Assembly: GCA_965220085.1 (NCBI GenBank)
Contig: CBDCOZ010000003.1
Location: 224,001 to 288,000 of the forward strand
Direction of reading: 5' to 3'
DNA: 64,000 bases
From: Candidatus Oxydemutatoraceae bacterium
Lineage (GTDB): Bacteria > Pseudomonadota > Gammaproteobacteria > Poriferisulfidales > Oxydemutatoraceae
The notes under the pieces are model-generated. The model saw only the letters and a program-made list of their open reading frames with translations. It was not told the DNA's origin and did no database searches. This document shows positions 1-8,802 of the stretch, piece after piece. A program made the position numbers and the translations under genes. Numbering within the stretch: position 1 is the stretch's first letter; the number at the start of each line of letters is the position of its first letter.

Positions 1-287
1 CGATACTTGGACTTGCCGGTGTGTTTGGAAACGGGCCTTGGTTAAAACCTTCTCTTGTGGCAGCGGGCTATCCTGCTAAAGAAATTGATAAGATGGGTCA
101 GAAAGTATGTGATCATGTAATGCGCCAATTTTCTAAAACATTAGCCGGATTACAGACTGGCAATAAAAACTTTTGTTTAGTCAGTAGTCAAAAGGTAGAT
201 GGTCTGGATGGTTATTTGATTGATGAGTTACACTTAAATCGCACGGGGTGTATGTTTGTTGCCATTGAGATTATGAAGAAACTGTGA
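1..287 (+). CDS. 3' part of a possible SGNH/GDSL-type hydrolase (starts before the window)
   Basis: C-terminal IDELHLNRTG resembles the DxxH block of SGNH hydrolases; the 5' end is not visible. Confidence 0.35.
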   Translation, partial: ILGLAGVFGNGPWLKPSLVAAGYPAKEIDKMGQKVCDHVMRQFSKTLAGLQTGNKNFCLVSSQKVDGLDGYLIDELHLNRTGCMFVAIEIMKKL

Positions 288-298
288 GGTAAGTAGCT

Positions 299-913
299 AT
301 GAGTAATTCGATGAAAAGTCTGTGTTGTTGCTTTTGTTCGTGGCTAAAGGAGCGTTTTTCGCCGCCAAAAAGGAATAGAACAATAGTCGTGATAATAGTA
401 GCACCGCTCCTCCTGTTGTTAGCGATTTGGTTCGTGTGTAGCTTCTATTCTGCTATAACTTCAGGAAAGAATATTTTGGTTCATACGGTGTTTATTTTTG
501 GATTCGTTGGAGGGATTATGAGCATGACCCAAAGATATTCCAAAGAAAAAGCAGTAGCAGAAGTAGCAGAAACAAAAGTAAAAGCAGAAGCGAAAGAAGA
601 AGTGGCAGGAAAAATAACTCTTTCAGATTATATACGCTCCTCTATTTTCGGTGGGGTTTTTGCAATTATCTTAATGCTGATATTTCAGGGCGGACTTGGA
701 GCTACTATAGGGGATGTTAATCTATTTCCTGTCTATTGTATGGATTACCCTATTACAAGTTCTATGGAATTCTTTGAGTTGCTAAGTTGTTATCCCGAGA
801 CTGGTGCAGATGTTGCAAAACTGTTGGTCTGGTCTTTTTTAGCGGGGTTTAGTGAGCGAATGGTCCCTGGAGCTCTTGGTAAGCTGAGTTCCCGGATTGG
901 AAGCAAAACCTAG
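299..913 (+). CDS. multi-pass membrane protein of unknown function
   Basis: 204 aa, about 4 hydrophobic segments, C-terminal SFLAGFSER motif, internal A/E/K/V low-complexity stretch. Confidence 0.65.
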   Translation: MSNSMKSLCCCFCSWLKERFSPPKRNRTIVVIIVAPLLLLLAIWFVCSFYSAITSGKNILVHTVFIFGFVGGIMSMTQRYSKEKAVAEVAETKVKAEAKEEVAGKITLSDYIRSSIFGGVFAIILMLIFQGGLGATIGDVNLFPVYCMDYPITSSMEFFELLSCYPETGADVAKLLVWSFLAGFSERMVPGALGKLSSRIGSKT

Positions 914-1214
914 CAGTAAGGAGTCCCCTCAATGCCACCCCGATGCTCGCCTCTGCCAGCACGAAAGGCTCCTCTACCTCTAAAAAGAATAATTAAAGAA
1001 TATAGCAAAGGCCGTAAGCTTCCGCGTTAAGAAGCGCAATTGAGGATTTGATTGCTATTAAATATCTTGCTGTGGTGATTCGGCGCAACAGCAGAAATCT
1101 GCTCGCCATTTAACGAGGCTGTAGAGCTTAACCCTGTATGTGAGTATCCAGCAAAGGATAATAAATTGGGGATTGGTATACAATTCTAGCAACTGGTTAT
1201 CAGGACATAAGCCC

Positions 1215-1709
1215 TTACCCGGGGCTAAGGTGAAAATCTGGTGTTTTATACTGGTGCGACCCCAGGTTACATTTTTCTAATACTAATTTACTGCCAGTCC
1301 ACTTGGATTTAACGACCGTATACACATGTGTCGTGATACCTGTGTCCAAATTCTCGGTGTATTTATCTCCCCTGTCCACACATTCCACCCAATGCAAAGG
1401 GCCGGGATACACCGCTTCGCCAACCCAACTGTCATCGTTGGTAAGAACCGTATCGGAATCTACATCCGGACACTTTGGATTACCAGAGTTTATGTCACCA
1501 TATTCATCCTCCCAGTCACTGACTTCTTCAAAGCAGTAGTGCACGGCGATATCTTTATCACATGTGTTCCGAAACACATAGTCATCGTCCTCATAGTAGT
1601 CATGGTCATTGCCAGAATACCTGATCACTTTAAGACAGTCTTTTGCCCACACTGGCGATGCCCCCAACATAAGTGTCGTTAAAAGCATGGTTAAAAGCAC
1701 TTTTTTCAT
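1215..1709 (-). CDS. secreted, acidic, Cys-containing hypothetical protein
   Basis: Signal peptide MKKVLLTMLLTTLMLGASPVWA, AAGGA RBS upstream, 6 Cys, D/E/Y-rich. Confidence 0.7.
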   Translation of the reverse strand: MKKVLLTMLLTTLMLGASPVWAKDCLKVIRYSGNDHDYYEDDDYVFRNTCDKDIAVHYCFEEVSDWEDEYGDINSGNPKCPDVDSDTVLTNDDSWVGEAVYPGPLHWVECVDRGDKYTENLDTGITTHVYTVVKSKWTGSKLVLEKCNLGSHQYKTPDFHLSPG

Positions 1710-2019
1710 TGCGTTGTTCCTTGTGTTCGTTTGTTGAAATAGGCTACGATGCCAATTGACAGAGTATTACGGTATGCGGGTATCGTAGCATGGCCTGACA
1801 AGCGCACGATTCCGAGGCGGCTTGCAGATTATTGTGTGTAAATCCCTATATCGCCCTTGTCATCGCGCCGGCAAGACGCTCGGGTCTTGTCTTACATTGA
1901 TTTCGTCCGGTACGGCAAGTGTTATGTCCCGTTCGGGTTTCTCGGCTGTGGGCTCCCAACTTTGAGGTTCATTGATGGGGTGGTTGGCAATAAAATACAT
2001 GGGCTCTTGATGTGCTGAA

Positions 2020-3471
2020 CTACTCATCAGATGGATTATCCTCAGTATCATAATCTATCTCATCATCACTACTATATAGCTCCTTAAGTTCCTGAACAAA
2101 ATTCACAGCATTTTTTATCTCCTCATCCGTTTCTTTTTCGTATCTGTTAATAATCTCATTTAGTGTTTTACGGGTATCTGTGTCGGAAGTATTATCCATC
2201 ATTGCATATGTAAGGCCTGCTCTAATAGCAATCCATATCACAGGGACTTCGGGTTTCTTTATTTCTTTGGCCTCATCATACACTGCCTTAAAAATCGTGT
2301 TTGCTTTTTTTGAATTCTCTAAGTTGAGATGATCAATTCCTGAAAAAAGCTTCGCCGTAAGGCGGATTTCTGTATTCGTCGTTGGTGCTTGATCTTGAAT
2401 CTTTTCATAAGCACTTATCGCTTGTGAAAAGCATTCTTTTTCTCCCAAAGCTATAGCTTCGTCTATAGCCTTTTTCAAACTCTCGTCGGTAATCTCCTTG
2501 AGAGTAATGTCCTTACAAAGGTTATCTTTTGTTGCTACTACTTTTGCTGCCTCTGCTTTTGCTGCCTCTGCTTTTGCTTTTGCTTTTTCTTCTTCTGCTT
2601 TTGCTGCTCTAACTTCTGCCTCTTCAGCTACTCCTATGTCTGCTTCTGCTTTTTTTACTTCTGTTTTTGCTTTCGCTACTTCTGCTTCTGCTTGTGCTGC
2701 TTCTGCTGTTGCTTTTGCTACTTCTTTTGTTGCTTCTTCTGCTGCTACCTTTGCTTCTGCTATTTCTGTTGCTTTAACTGTTGTCCTTACTCCTATGCTT
2801 CCTGATGATCTTGGAAATGCTTTTGCTATTTCTGCTTTTGTAACCGCTGTCTTTTCATCTACTCCTATGCCTGCTGTTGCTGTTGCTACTTTTTTTGTTG
2901 CTTCTGCTGCTTTTGCTTTCGCTACTTCTGCTTGTGCTTCTGCTGCTGCTGCTGCTATTTTTGCTACTCCTTCTGCCACTTTTTTTGCTACTACTTTTTC
3001 TGCTACTTTTCCTGCTACTTTTCCTGCTACTTCTTCTGCTTTTGCTGCCTGATTATCAATACGTTCTGAGAACCTAGTCAGCTGACTATCAATACGGAAT
3101 GCCATAAGGACAAAGAGGCCGCCAACAATTGCTACAAGTAGCGTGAGAACAGTCTCTTGATATTCGAAATGCTCTTTCTTTGAAGAGCTTTCACGAGATA
3201 CTAACCGTATAGATATTGCTACAACAGCAAAAGCGAGAATAAAAAGCATGATGAAATGCATGATATGCGCTGGTTCTAGCCACTTCTCCCACCCCTTTTC
3301 TTTTTCTCCATCTGATGCCGCATCTGCAGTGGACGCATTCTCCTGCTTCTCTGTCTGCATGGCGAATGAATGTTCGCCACCCGATGCCATGCGCACTACG
3401 AAATCAACAGTCAGCACAAATAGCAAAATGCTTGCGAGTACTACGAGTACTTTCTTTATTCCATCGGTCAT
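2020..3471 (-). CDS. membrane-anchored protein with 3 TM segments, Ala/Lys/Glu-rich stalk and TPR-like C-terminal domain
   Basis: 483 aa, GGAG RBS upstream, long AKAE low-complexity helix, C-terminal helical repeats and acidic tail. Confidence 0.7.
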   Translation of the reverse strand: MTDGIKKVLVVLASILLFVLTVDFVVRMASGGEHSFAMQTEKQENASTADAASDGEKEKGWEKWLEPAHIMHFIMLFILAFAVVAISIRLVSRESSSKKEHFEYQETVLTLLVAIVGGLFVLMAFRIDSQLTRFSERIDNQAAKAEEVAGKVAGKVAEKVVAKKVAEGVAKIAAAAAEAQAEVAKAKAAEATKKVATATAGIGVDEKTAVTKAEIAKAFPRSSGSIGVRTTVKATEIAEAKVAAEEATKEVAKATAEAAQAEAEVAKAKTEVKKAEADIGVAEEAEVRAAKAEEEKAKAKAEAAKAEAAKVVATKDNLCKDITLKEITDESLKKAIDEAIALGEKECFSQAISAYEKIQDQAPTTNTEIRLTAKLFSGIDHLNLENSKKANTIFKAVYDEAKEIKKPEVPVIWIAIRAGLTYAMMDNTSDTDTRKTLNEIINRYEKETDEEIKNAVNFVQELKELYSSDDEIDYDTEDNPSDE

Positions 3472-3529
3472 ACGAACTCCCTCACAAGGTAATTATGACT
3501 AGCATATCGCAAGTTTACACCACCTCTCT

Positions 3530-4552
3530 CTACGGGTTTTGCAACTCGTGGAGCAGGTCTTGCGGGGAGCGGGGGCCGCTGAGGAGTCTGCCGTCGTCAA
3601 GCAGGAAGGTTGGTGTTCCGGCGACATTTAAGGTTCTGGCCAGAGCAAGGTTGTCGGCGACGGGGTCGGAGTCGCAGGATGCTTTTGCAATGGCCTCGCC
3701 TGCCATGGCTTTGTCCAGAGCGGCTTGGCGGTCATCGGAGCACCATACATTAATAGTCTGGCGCACAGCCTCATCGCCAAGGAATGGCACGAGGATGTAG
3801 TCAACCCGGATGCCGCGCTTTTGAAACTCGTTCAGTTGGCCGTGCAGCTTGCGGCAGTACGGGCAGTTGACATCGCTGAAGACGCGAACGGTGTGCCGGT
3901 ATTCTTCGGGGGCGTAGGTCAGGAGGTTTTCCTGTTTGATGTTGGCGAGGCTCTCTTTGCGCAAGGAGGCTTTCACCCGCTCGCCCAGATTGACGTTGTC
4001 GCGCAGGTTGAACAGTGTTCCGGCAATCAAAAACTTGCCGTCATCGGACTTGTAATACACCTTGCCACCGGCGGCGATGACTGTGGCGAACCCTTTCAGC
4101 TTGGAGGGGAAACTTTTCAGGGCGCGGACATCGGGAAGCTCTGCGCGCTTCACAGCGGCGGGGTCATCCCCGCGCAACACGGCTTGCGCCCGCTCATTCA
4201 GGCTGACACTGTCGCGCACATTAAACACAGTCCCGGCAATCAGGAACATGCCGTCATGCGAAATGTAATACACCTGCCCGTTGGCGGTGACTGCGGAAAA
4301 CCCTTGCAATCCCGACGGGAGCGCGTCTTCCACCTGAACGTTCGGAAACGATTGATCCATATACTTCTGCGCCTGCCCGCGGTCGAGCGTCTCGCCGCCC
4401 GCCCCGCTGTGACTATCCGCCCGCGCACTCTGCGCCGCGCCCGGCGCAACCAAGCCGACAGCAGTCATAGCAACTAGAGCAACCAGCGCACCCGCGCCGA
4501 CAATGACCGGCGTAATCGCCGCCGGCATCAAGCAACTAAATCTTGTTTTCAT
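3530..4552 (-). CDS. dsbC: DsbC-family thiol:disulfide isomerase with duplicated N-terminal domain
   Basis: CPYC active site, GTP cis-Pro loop, two copies of the VYY.S.DG.FLIAGT.FN.RD N-domain motif, GGGAGG RBS. Confidence 0.8.
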   Translation of the reverse strand: MKTRFSCLMPAAITPVIVGAGALVALVAMTAVGLVAPGAAQSARADSHSGAGGETLDRGQAQKYMDQSFPNVQVEDALPSGLQGFSAVTANGQVYYISHDGMFLIAGTVFNVRDSVSLNERAQAVLRGDDPAAVKRAELPDVRALKSFPSKLKGFATVIAAGGKVYYKSDDGKFLIAGTLFNLRDNVNLGERVKASLRKESLANIKQENLLTYAPEEYRHTVRVFSDVNCPYCRKLHGQLNEFQKRGIRVDYILVPFLGDEAVRQTINVWCSDDRQAALDKAMAGEAIAKASCDSDPVADNLALARTLNVAGTPTFLLDDGRLLSGPRSPQDLLHELQNP

Positions 4553-4829
4553 TTCGCATCCTCCCGTTAAAAGTCCAGTGCAATCAAGTCAATATGAATC
4601 GTCCCGCCCATCAGTTCTTCGGAATCGGTGGTCTCGGCATAGGCGAGTTTGACCAGCCCACCCGCGCCGACAACGACCGGCGCAATCGCCGCCGGCATCA
4701 AGCAACTAAATCTTGTTTTCATTTCGCATCTTCCCGTTAAAAGTCCAGTGCAATCAAGTCAATATGAATCGTCCCGCCCATTAACTCCTCGGAGTCGGTG
4801 GTCTCGGCATATTCCAGCTTGACCAGCCC
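4489..4829. repeat. 170-bp tandem duplication of the junction between the lipoprotein 3' end and the dsbC 5' end
   Basis: 4489-4658 and 4659-4828 align end to end with scattered substitutions. Confidence 0.9.
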
Positions 4830-5444
4830 GACATCGGGCGCATACCACTCGTCAATCTGAAAGTGCATGATGTGCGGCATCAGGTGCAGCAAGCGGCTGC
4901 GCGGCACCGCAACTTCCGCATAGCCCTGAACATGCAGGCAATTTTCAAACCGCCCCTGCGGCACTTCAATAGTGGCGTCGGTGGCGACGATCTCCCAGTC
5001 CGCCAAGTAGCGAACGGCTTCTTTGATTGTCGGCGCGGTCTGGCTGGTCAGCAGATACGGGCGCATCCGGTGCTCCCATTTGGTGCCGGCTTGCAGCGGT
5101 TCTTTGATGATGAAGCGCGCCGGGTCGTCAAGTTTCAATTCGGGTTCAATGATGGAGCTGCGGGCGACGCGCATGATGCTGTCGTCGCGCTTCGTGATGT
5201 AGTAGTAGTTGCCGGAGCTGGTGCCGCGCACATAGTATTCGCTGTCATCGCTCACCTTGCCGTAGTTGGTAATGGTAAGCGTGTCTTCGCGTTTGCCTTT
5301 GGCGTCTTCGGTGACGACCTGATAGTGCCAGGCCAAGCCCGGTTGCAAGGGGAAGTAGCCGCTCGGCGGCTCGCCGCCGCAACCTGTCAGGCAAGCGCCG
5401 AGCAATGCGAGGAGGGGGTATTGCCTGCCGCGCCGCCGCCTCAT
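4737..5444 (-). CDS. putative lipoprotein
   Basis: Lipobox-like LTGC, YFPL..G..W.Y N-terminal motif, WYAPDVGLVK C-terminal motif. Confidence 0.7.
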   Translation of the reverse strand: MRRRRGRQYPLLALLGACLTGCGGEPPSGYFPLQPGLAWHYQVVTEDAKGKREDTLTITNYGKVSDDSEYYVRGTSSGNYYYITKRDDSIMRVARSSIIEPELKLDDPARFIIKEPLQAGTKWEHRMRPYLLTSQTAPTIKEAVRYLADWEIVATDATIEVPQGRFENCLHVQGYAEVAVPRSRLLHLMPHIMHFQIDEWYAPDVGLVKLEYAETTDSEELMGGTIHIDLIALDF

Positions 5445-5959
5445 TTTTCCGGCAACTCCTGTCGCGGGAAAGCATCCAGACGGATGCGGCTTATGCGCTC
5501 TTCCATCCAGGTTCTCGGCGCCAGCAGGCGCGGGCCGGAAGTATGCTCCACCCGCCCGAGTTGCGCATCGCCGCGCTTCAAGCCTTTGAGGGCGGCGGTC
5601 ACCTGCGCGTGCAAGTCGGCTGAATATGGCAGCGTATGCGCGCGCGGCATGTCAAACACTTTGCGCTTTTTCAGATCGTATTCGGCAACCCACACAAACA
5701 CGTTGCCGGTCTCGCCCCGGTCCTCGTTCGGTTCTTTCACATAGCCCGACAGAAAGACGAACTCTTGCGGCAACGATTCGGCGGTCGGCCAGCCGAGAAG
5801 GTGTTCCAGCGATGCGTAGGTGACGAAGTAGAAGACGCTGATGCCAAGCACTACCCCGACCTTAATCCACCGCGCCCAGCGGGTGCAGACCAGTAGCAGG
5901 ACGACCAGCACGGCGAGGGCGACATAAGCCAGACTGATGCCGATAATCGCTTCGTTCAT
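5441..5959 (-). CDS. small membrane protein (MotA/TolQ-like module)
   Basis: 2 N-terminal TM helices; ATGA-type overlaps with both neighbours. Confidence 0.7.
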   Translation of the reverse strand: MNEAIIGISLAYVALAVLVVLLLVCTRWARWIKVGVVLGISVFYFVTYASLEHLLGWPTAESLPQEFVFLSGYVKEPNEDRGETGNVFVWVAEYDLKKRKVFDMPRAHTLPYSADLHAQVTAALKGLKRGDAQLGRVEHTSGPRLLAPRTWMEERISRIRLDAFPRQELPEK

Positions 5960-6564
5960 GCCGGCTCCACCTTAACCAATTGCTTGGGCAGGGTATTGAG
6001 ATTGCCCACCTGTCCTTGTCCGTCTAAAGAAAATCGCACCACTGTTATTTCGTCTCCCGCGCGTTGTAGTTCGACATTATTGTAGTACAAAATCTCCAAT
6101 GACGGATTTACCTTTGACACACTCACGGAGGCGGTGACCGGATTGCCGCTGTTGGATTTGTAGTAGTGCAGGTTGACGACATATTCCCCCGGTATCAGTT
6201 TACGCACGGTGACGATTTCCTGATTAAGGGGGTTTACAACCTCGCGCCCGTCGACGGTGATGGTGTCGTTTTGCGCACCGCGGTCGTCGCGGTCAAGGTG
6301 CATAAAGCCGGTGTCGGTATTGCGAAACCACAGCACCCGCCCGCCGGGGTCTTCCACCCAGGTGTCCACATCGTCCTCGCTGTTGTCGGGCCACTTCACA
6401 GAGACGATGTACTCGGCCTTGAGTTCGACGTTGCCAAGGTCCGCCGGCGGCGAAATAAACACGATTGCGATCAGAAACAGAAAAGCAAAAATCAGCATGG
6501 AGTTGAACAGCAAGTCCAGAAACGGATCCATGCCGGTGCTGCGGGTTGCGCGACGGAATGCCAT
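5956..6564 (-). CDS. single-TM membrane protein with periplasmic domain, probable partner of the MotA/TolQ/ExbB-like protein
   Basis: DPFLDLLFN with Asp at the TM start, followed by a soluble domain; translationally coupled to neighbours. Confidence 0.7.
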   Translation of the reverse strand: MAFRRATRSTGMDPFLDLLFNSMLIFAFLFLIAIVFISPPADLGNVELKAEYIVSVKWPDNSEDDVDTWVEDPGGRVLWFRNTDTGFMHLDRDDRGAQNDTITVDGREVVNPLNQEIVTVRKLIPGEYVVNLHYYKSNSGNPVTASVSVSKVNPSLEILYYNNVELQRAGDEITVVRFSLDGQGQVGNLNTLPKQLVKVEPA

Positions 6565-7322
6565 TACGTATCCCCTTGCAGATTCCCCTTGCCGCCGGCG
6601 TCCGCCGCACTACCGACCAGTCTGGTGGTGGCAAAGTGGGTGGCGATGCTGAGCAACCGGTCCGCTCCGCGGTCAATCATAAGATATTGAAAGCTCAGCA
6701 GAATGGTTCCGACCAGACCGACCAGAGTGGTGTTGAGTGCGACACGCATCCCGCCGGTCATGCCGCTGAATAATTCCGGCACATGCGATGCGTCGTAACT
6801 GACGGTCTCGTGTATTGAAGCCAGCATGATGATGAAGCCGGCCACGGTGCCGAGCAGGCCGAGTTTGATCAGAAGTTGGGCGAAGAACCAACCGGTTTCG
6901 TGTGAGCCGGTAACCCTTTCGACCAGCACCGCGTTGATGTCTTTGAGTTGCGCCTCCCTTTGCGGTGAGCACCGGGTGGCATCTGTCAGGTAGTCGGTCA
7001 GCGGCGAGTCCGGCAAGGGCGCGCCGTCAAAGCGCACCGTGCGCGATGCGTCCGTCGTCGTTTGCAACGCATCGGGGCGGGCTATGATCGCGGTGATCTC
7101 GCGCAGGCGCGCGGACAGGCAGGCGCTGCGGAAGGCGCAGTGCATCGTGCCGCCGGCGAAGATGAGCATGATGACGACGGACAGACGGGTCGGGTCGGTT
7201 CTGATAACATTTTGAATGAGATCGTTGTGCCACAGCACCCAGAAGGCAAAGACCAGGACGGTGAAAAATGCCAGCCAGTGCAACAGCACGGCATCGGCGA
7301 CGCTGTTATCGGGGTTGTTCAA
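6564..7322 (-). CDS. MotA/TolQ/ExbB proton-channel family protein
   Basis: LGLLGTVAGFI and GMRVALNTTLVGL motifs. Confidence 0.8.
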   Translation of the reverse strand: MNNPDNSVADAVLLHWLAFFTVLVFAFWVLWHNDLIQNVIRTDPTRLSVVIMLIFAGGTMHCAFRSACLSARLREITAIIARPDALQTTTDASRTVRFDGAPLPDSPLTDYLTDATRCSPQREAQLKDINAVLVERVTGSHETGWFFAQLLIKLGLLGTVAGFIIMLASIHETVSYDASHVPELFSGMTGGMRVALNTTLVGLVGTILLSFQYLMIDRGADRLLSIATHFATTRLVGSAADAGGKGNLQGDT

Positions 7323-7392
7323 GTGTTTTGTCGTATTTCATTTTTCTGTATAATAACCCAAGTATCAAGTTCTCAAGTAGTTTTACCGACAA

Positions 7393-8571
7393 ATGAATAG
7401 ATTAATAGCATTTATCGCTGTGTCGCTTGTTCTTACCGTAGCACAAAGCGCCGCAGCACAAGAAACCGGCAAGGTGGAGATGGCGTTTGTCAAGCAGCAG
7501 GCGGAGAAATTGCCCAAGCTGTCCAACTTGACGCCGCCGCCTAAGGACGATGGCGTGCTGGGCGGGGCGCAAGGGATTACCGACAGCAATGCGACGGGGC
7601 GTTTTCTCGGTCAGGAATATACGCTTGAAAGCGCAGTCCTTGAGCCGGAAGACAATGTCAAGGAACACTTTGACAGTTTGTTTGACAAGGGCATCCGCCT
7701 GTTCGCGTTTGACACCGCCGCCGCTTCCCTGTTGCAAGCCGCCGATTCCGAGCGCGGCAAGCAAGCGCTGTTCTTTAATGTCGGCAGCGAGGATGATGCG
7801 TTGCGTACCGAGCAGTGCCGCGCGAACATCATCCACATCACCCCGAGCCATGCGATGCGCGCCGATGCGCTGGCGCAATACCTGGTCGCCAAGAAGTGGT
7901 CAAAGTGGTTTCTGGTCACCGGCCGTCGCGATTCCGATAAGCAATTCGCCGCCGCCGTGCGCAATGCGGCAAAGAAATTCCGTGCTGAGATTGTTGAAGA
8001 AAAGCCGTGGGATTTCGGTCCCGACATGCGCCGCACCGCCGCATCCACGGTACCGGTATTCACGCAGGACATTGAGTATGACGTGCTCGTCGTCGCCGAT
8101 GTGGTCGGCGAATTTGGCGAGTATCTGATGTATCGCACTTGGGACCCGCGCCCGGTAGTAGGCACGCAAGGTTTGATGCCGAAGATTTGGCACTCGTCTC
8201 ACGAGCAATGGGGTGCGGCACAGATACAAAAGCGCTTCCGCAAGGCCTATAAGCAAAACATGTCGGAGAAAGATTATGCGGTCTGGGCGGCTGTGCGCAG
8301 TGTCAATACTGCGGTCACGCGCGAGAAATCGGTTGCGATCGATACGATTCGCGACTATCTGCTGGGGCCGAAGTTTGATCTCGCGGGATACAAGGGGCAG
8401 AAGCTCTCCGTGCGCGGCTATAACCACCAGATGCGCCAGCCGATCATCCTCGTCTCGGCGACTTCGCTGGTCTCGGTCTCGCCGCAAAAGCAGTTTTTAC
8501 ACGAGGTATCGCGGCTGGACACGCTGGGCTATGACCGCCGCGAGTCAAAATGCAAACTGGATAACCAATGA
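7393..8571 (+). CDS. ABC substrate-binding protein of the PQQ-ADH-associated (Ped/Lut-like) transporter
   Basis: Signal peptide; MRADALAQYL, RPVVGTQGL and HEQWGAAQ motifs; first gene of an SBP-propeller-ATPase-permease set. Confidence 0.8.
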   Translation: MNRLIAFIAVSLVLTVAQSAAAQETGKVEMAFVKQQAEKLPKLSNLTPPPKDDGVLGGAQGITDSNATGRFLGQEYTLESAVLEPEDNVKEHFDSLFDKGIRLFAFDTAAASLLQAADSERGKQALFFNVGSEDDALRTEQCRANIIHITPSHAMRADALAQYLVAKKWSKWFLVTGRRDSDKQFAAAVRNAAKKFRAEIVEEKPWDFGPDMRRTAASTVPVFTQDIEYDVLVVADVVGEFGEYLMYRTWDPRPVVGTQGLMPKIWHSSHEQWGAAQIQKRFRKAYKQNMSEKDYAVWAAVRSVNTAVTREKSVAIDTIRDYLLGPKFDLAGYKGQKLSVRGYNHQMRQPIILVSATSLVSVSPQKQFLHEVSRLDTLGYDRRESKCKLDNQ

Positions 8572-8587
8572 TATGTATATATATGTA

Positions 8588-8780
8588 CACAAACAACACT
8601 CAGTTGTTTGTGGATTGTTTAATGAGGCACAAACAACACTCAGTTGTTTGTGGATTGTTTAATGAGGCACAAACGATATGAGAGCACAAACGATATGAGA
8701 GCACAAACAATTAAGTATTGTTTGTGTTCCATAAACTGTTTGTGGTTCCTTAAGTCGTTTGTGTTCCATAAACTGTTCGT
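8588..8780. repeat. cluster of CACAAAC / GTTTGTG palindromic repeats
   Basis: 40-bp tandem duplication (8588, 8628), 17-bp duplication (8668, 8685), 5 CACAAAC and 5 GTTTGTG. Confidence 0.85.
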
Positions 8781-8802
8781 GAATTATTTTTTGGAGGTAA
8801 TT

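Noticed and set aside
2498-3077. Plus-strand Ala/Ser/Phe-rich and poly-Leu ORFs
   Set aside because: They are antisense shadows of the low-complexity stalk in 2020-3471.
1-3500. Integron cassette array
   Set aside because: Genes are in mixed orientation and I could not identify attC core sites or an integrase.
5956-7322. Zorya ZorAB or flagellar MotAB
   Set aside because: No long ZorA tail, no OmpA-like peptidoglycan-binding domain in the partner, and no zorC/D/E or flagellar context.
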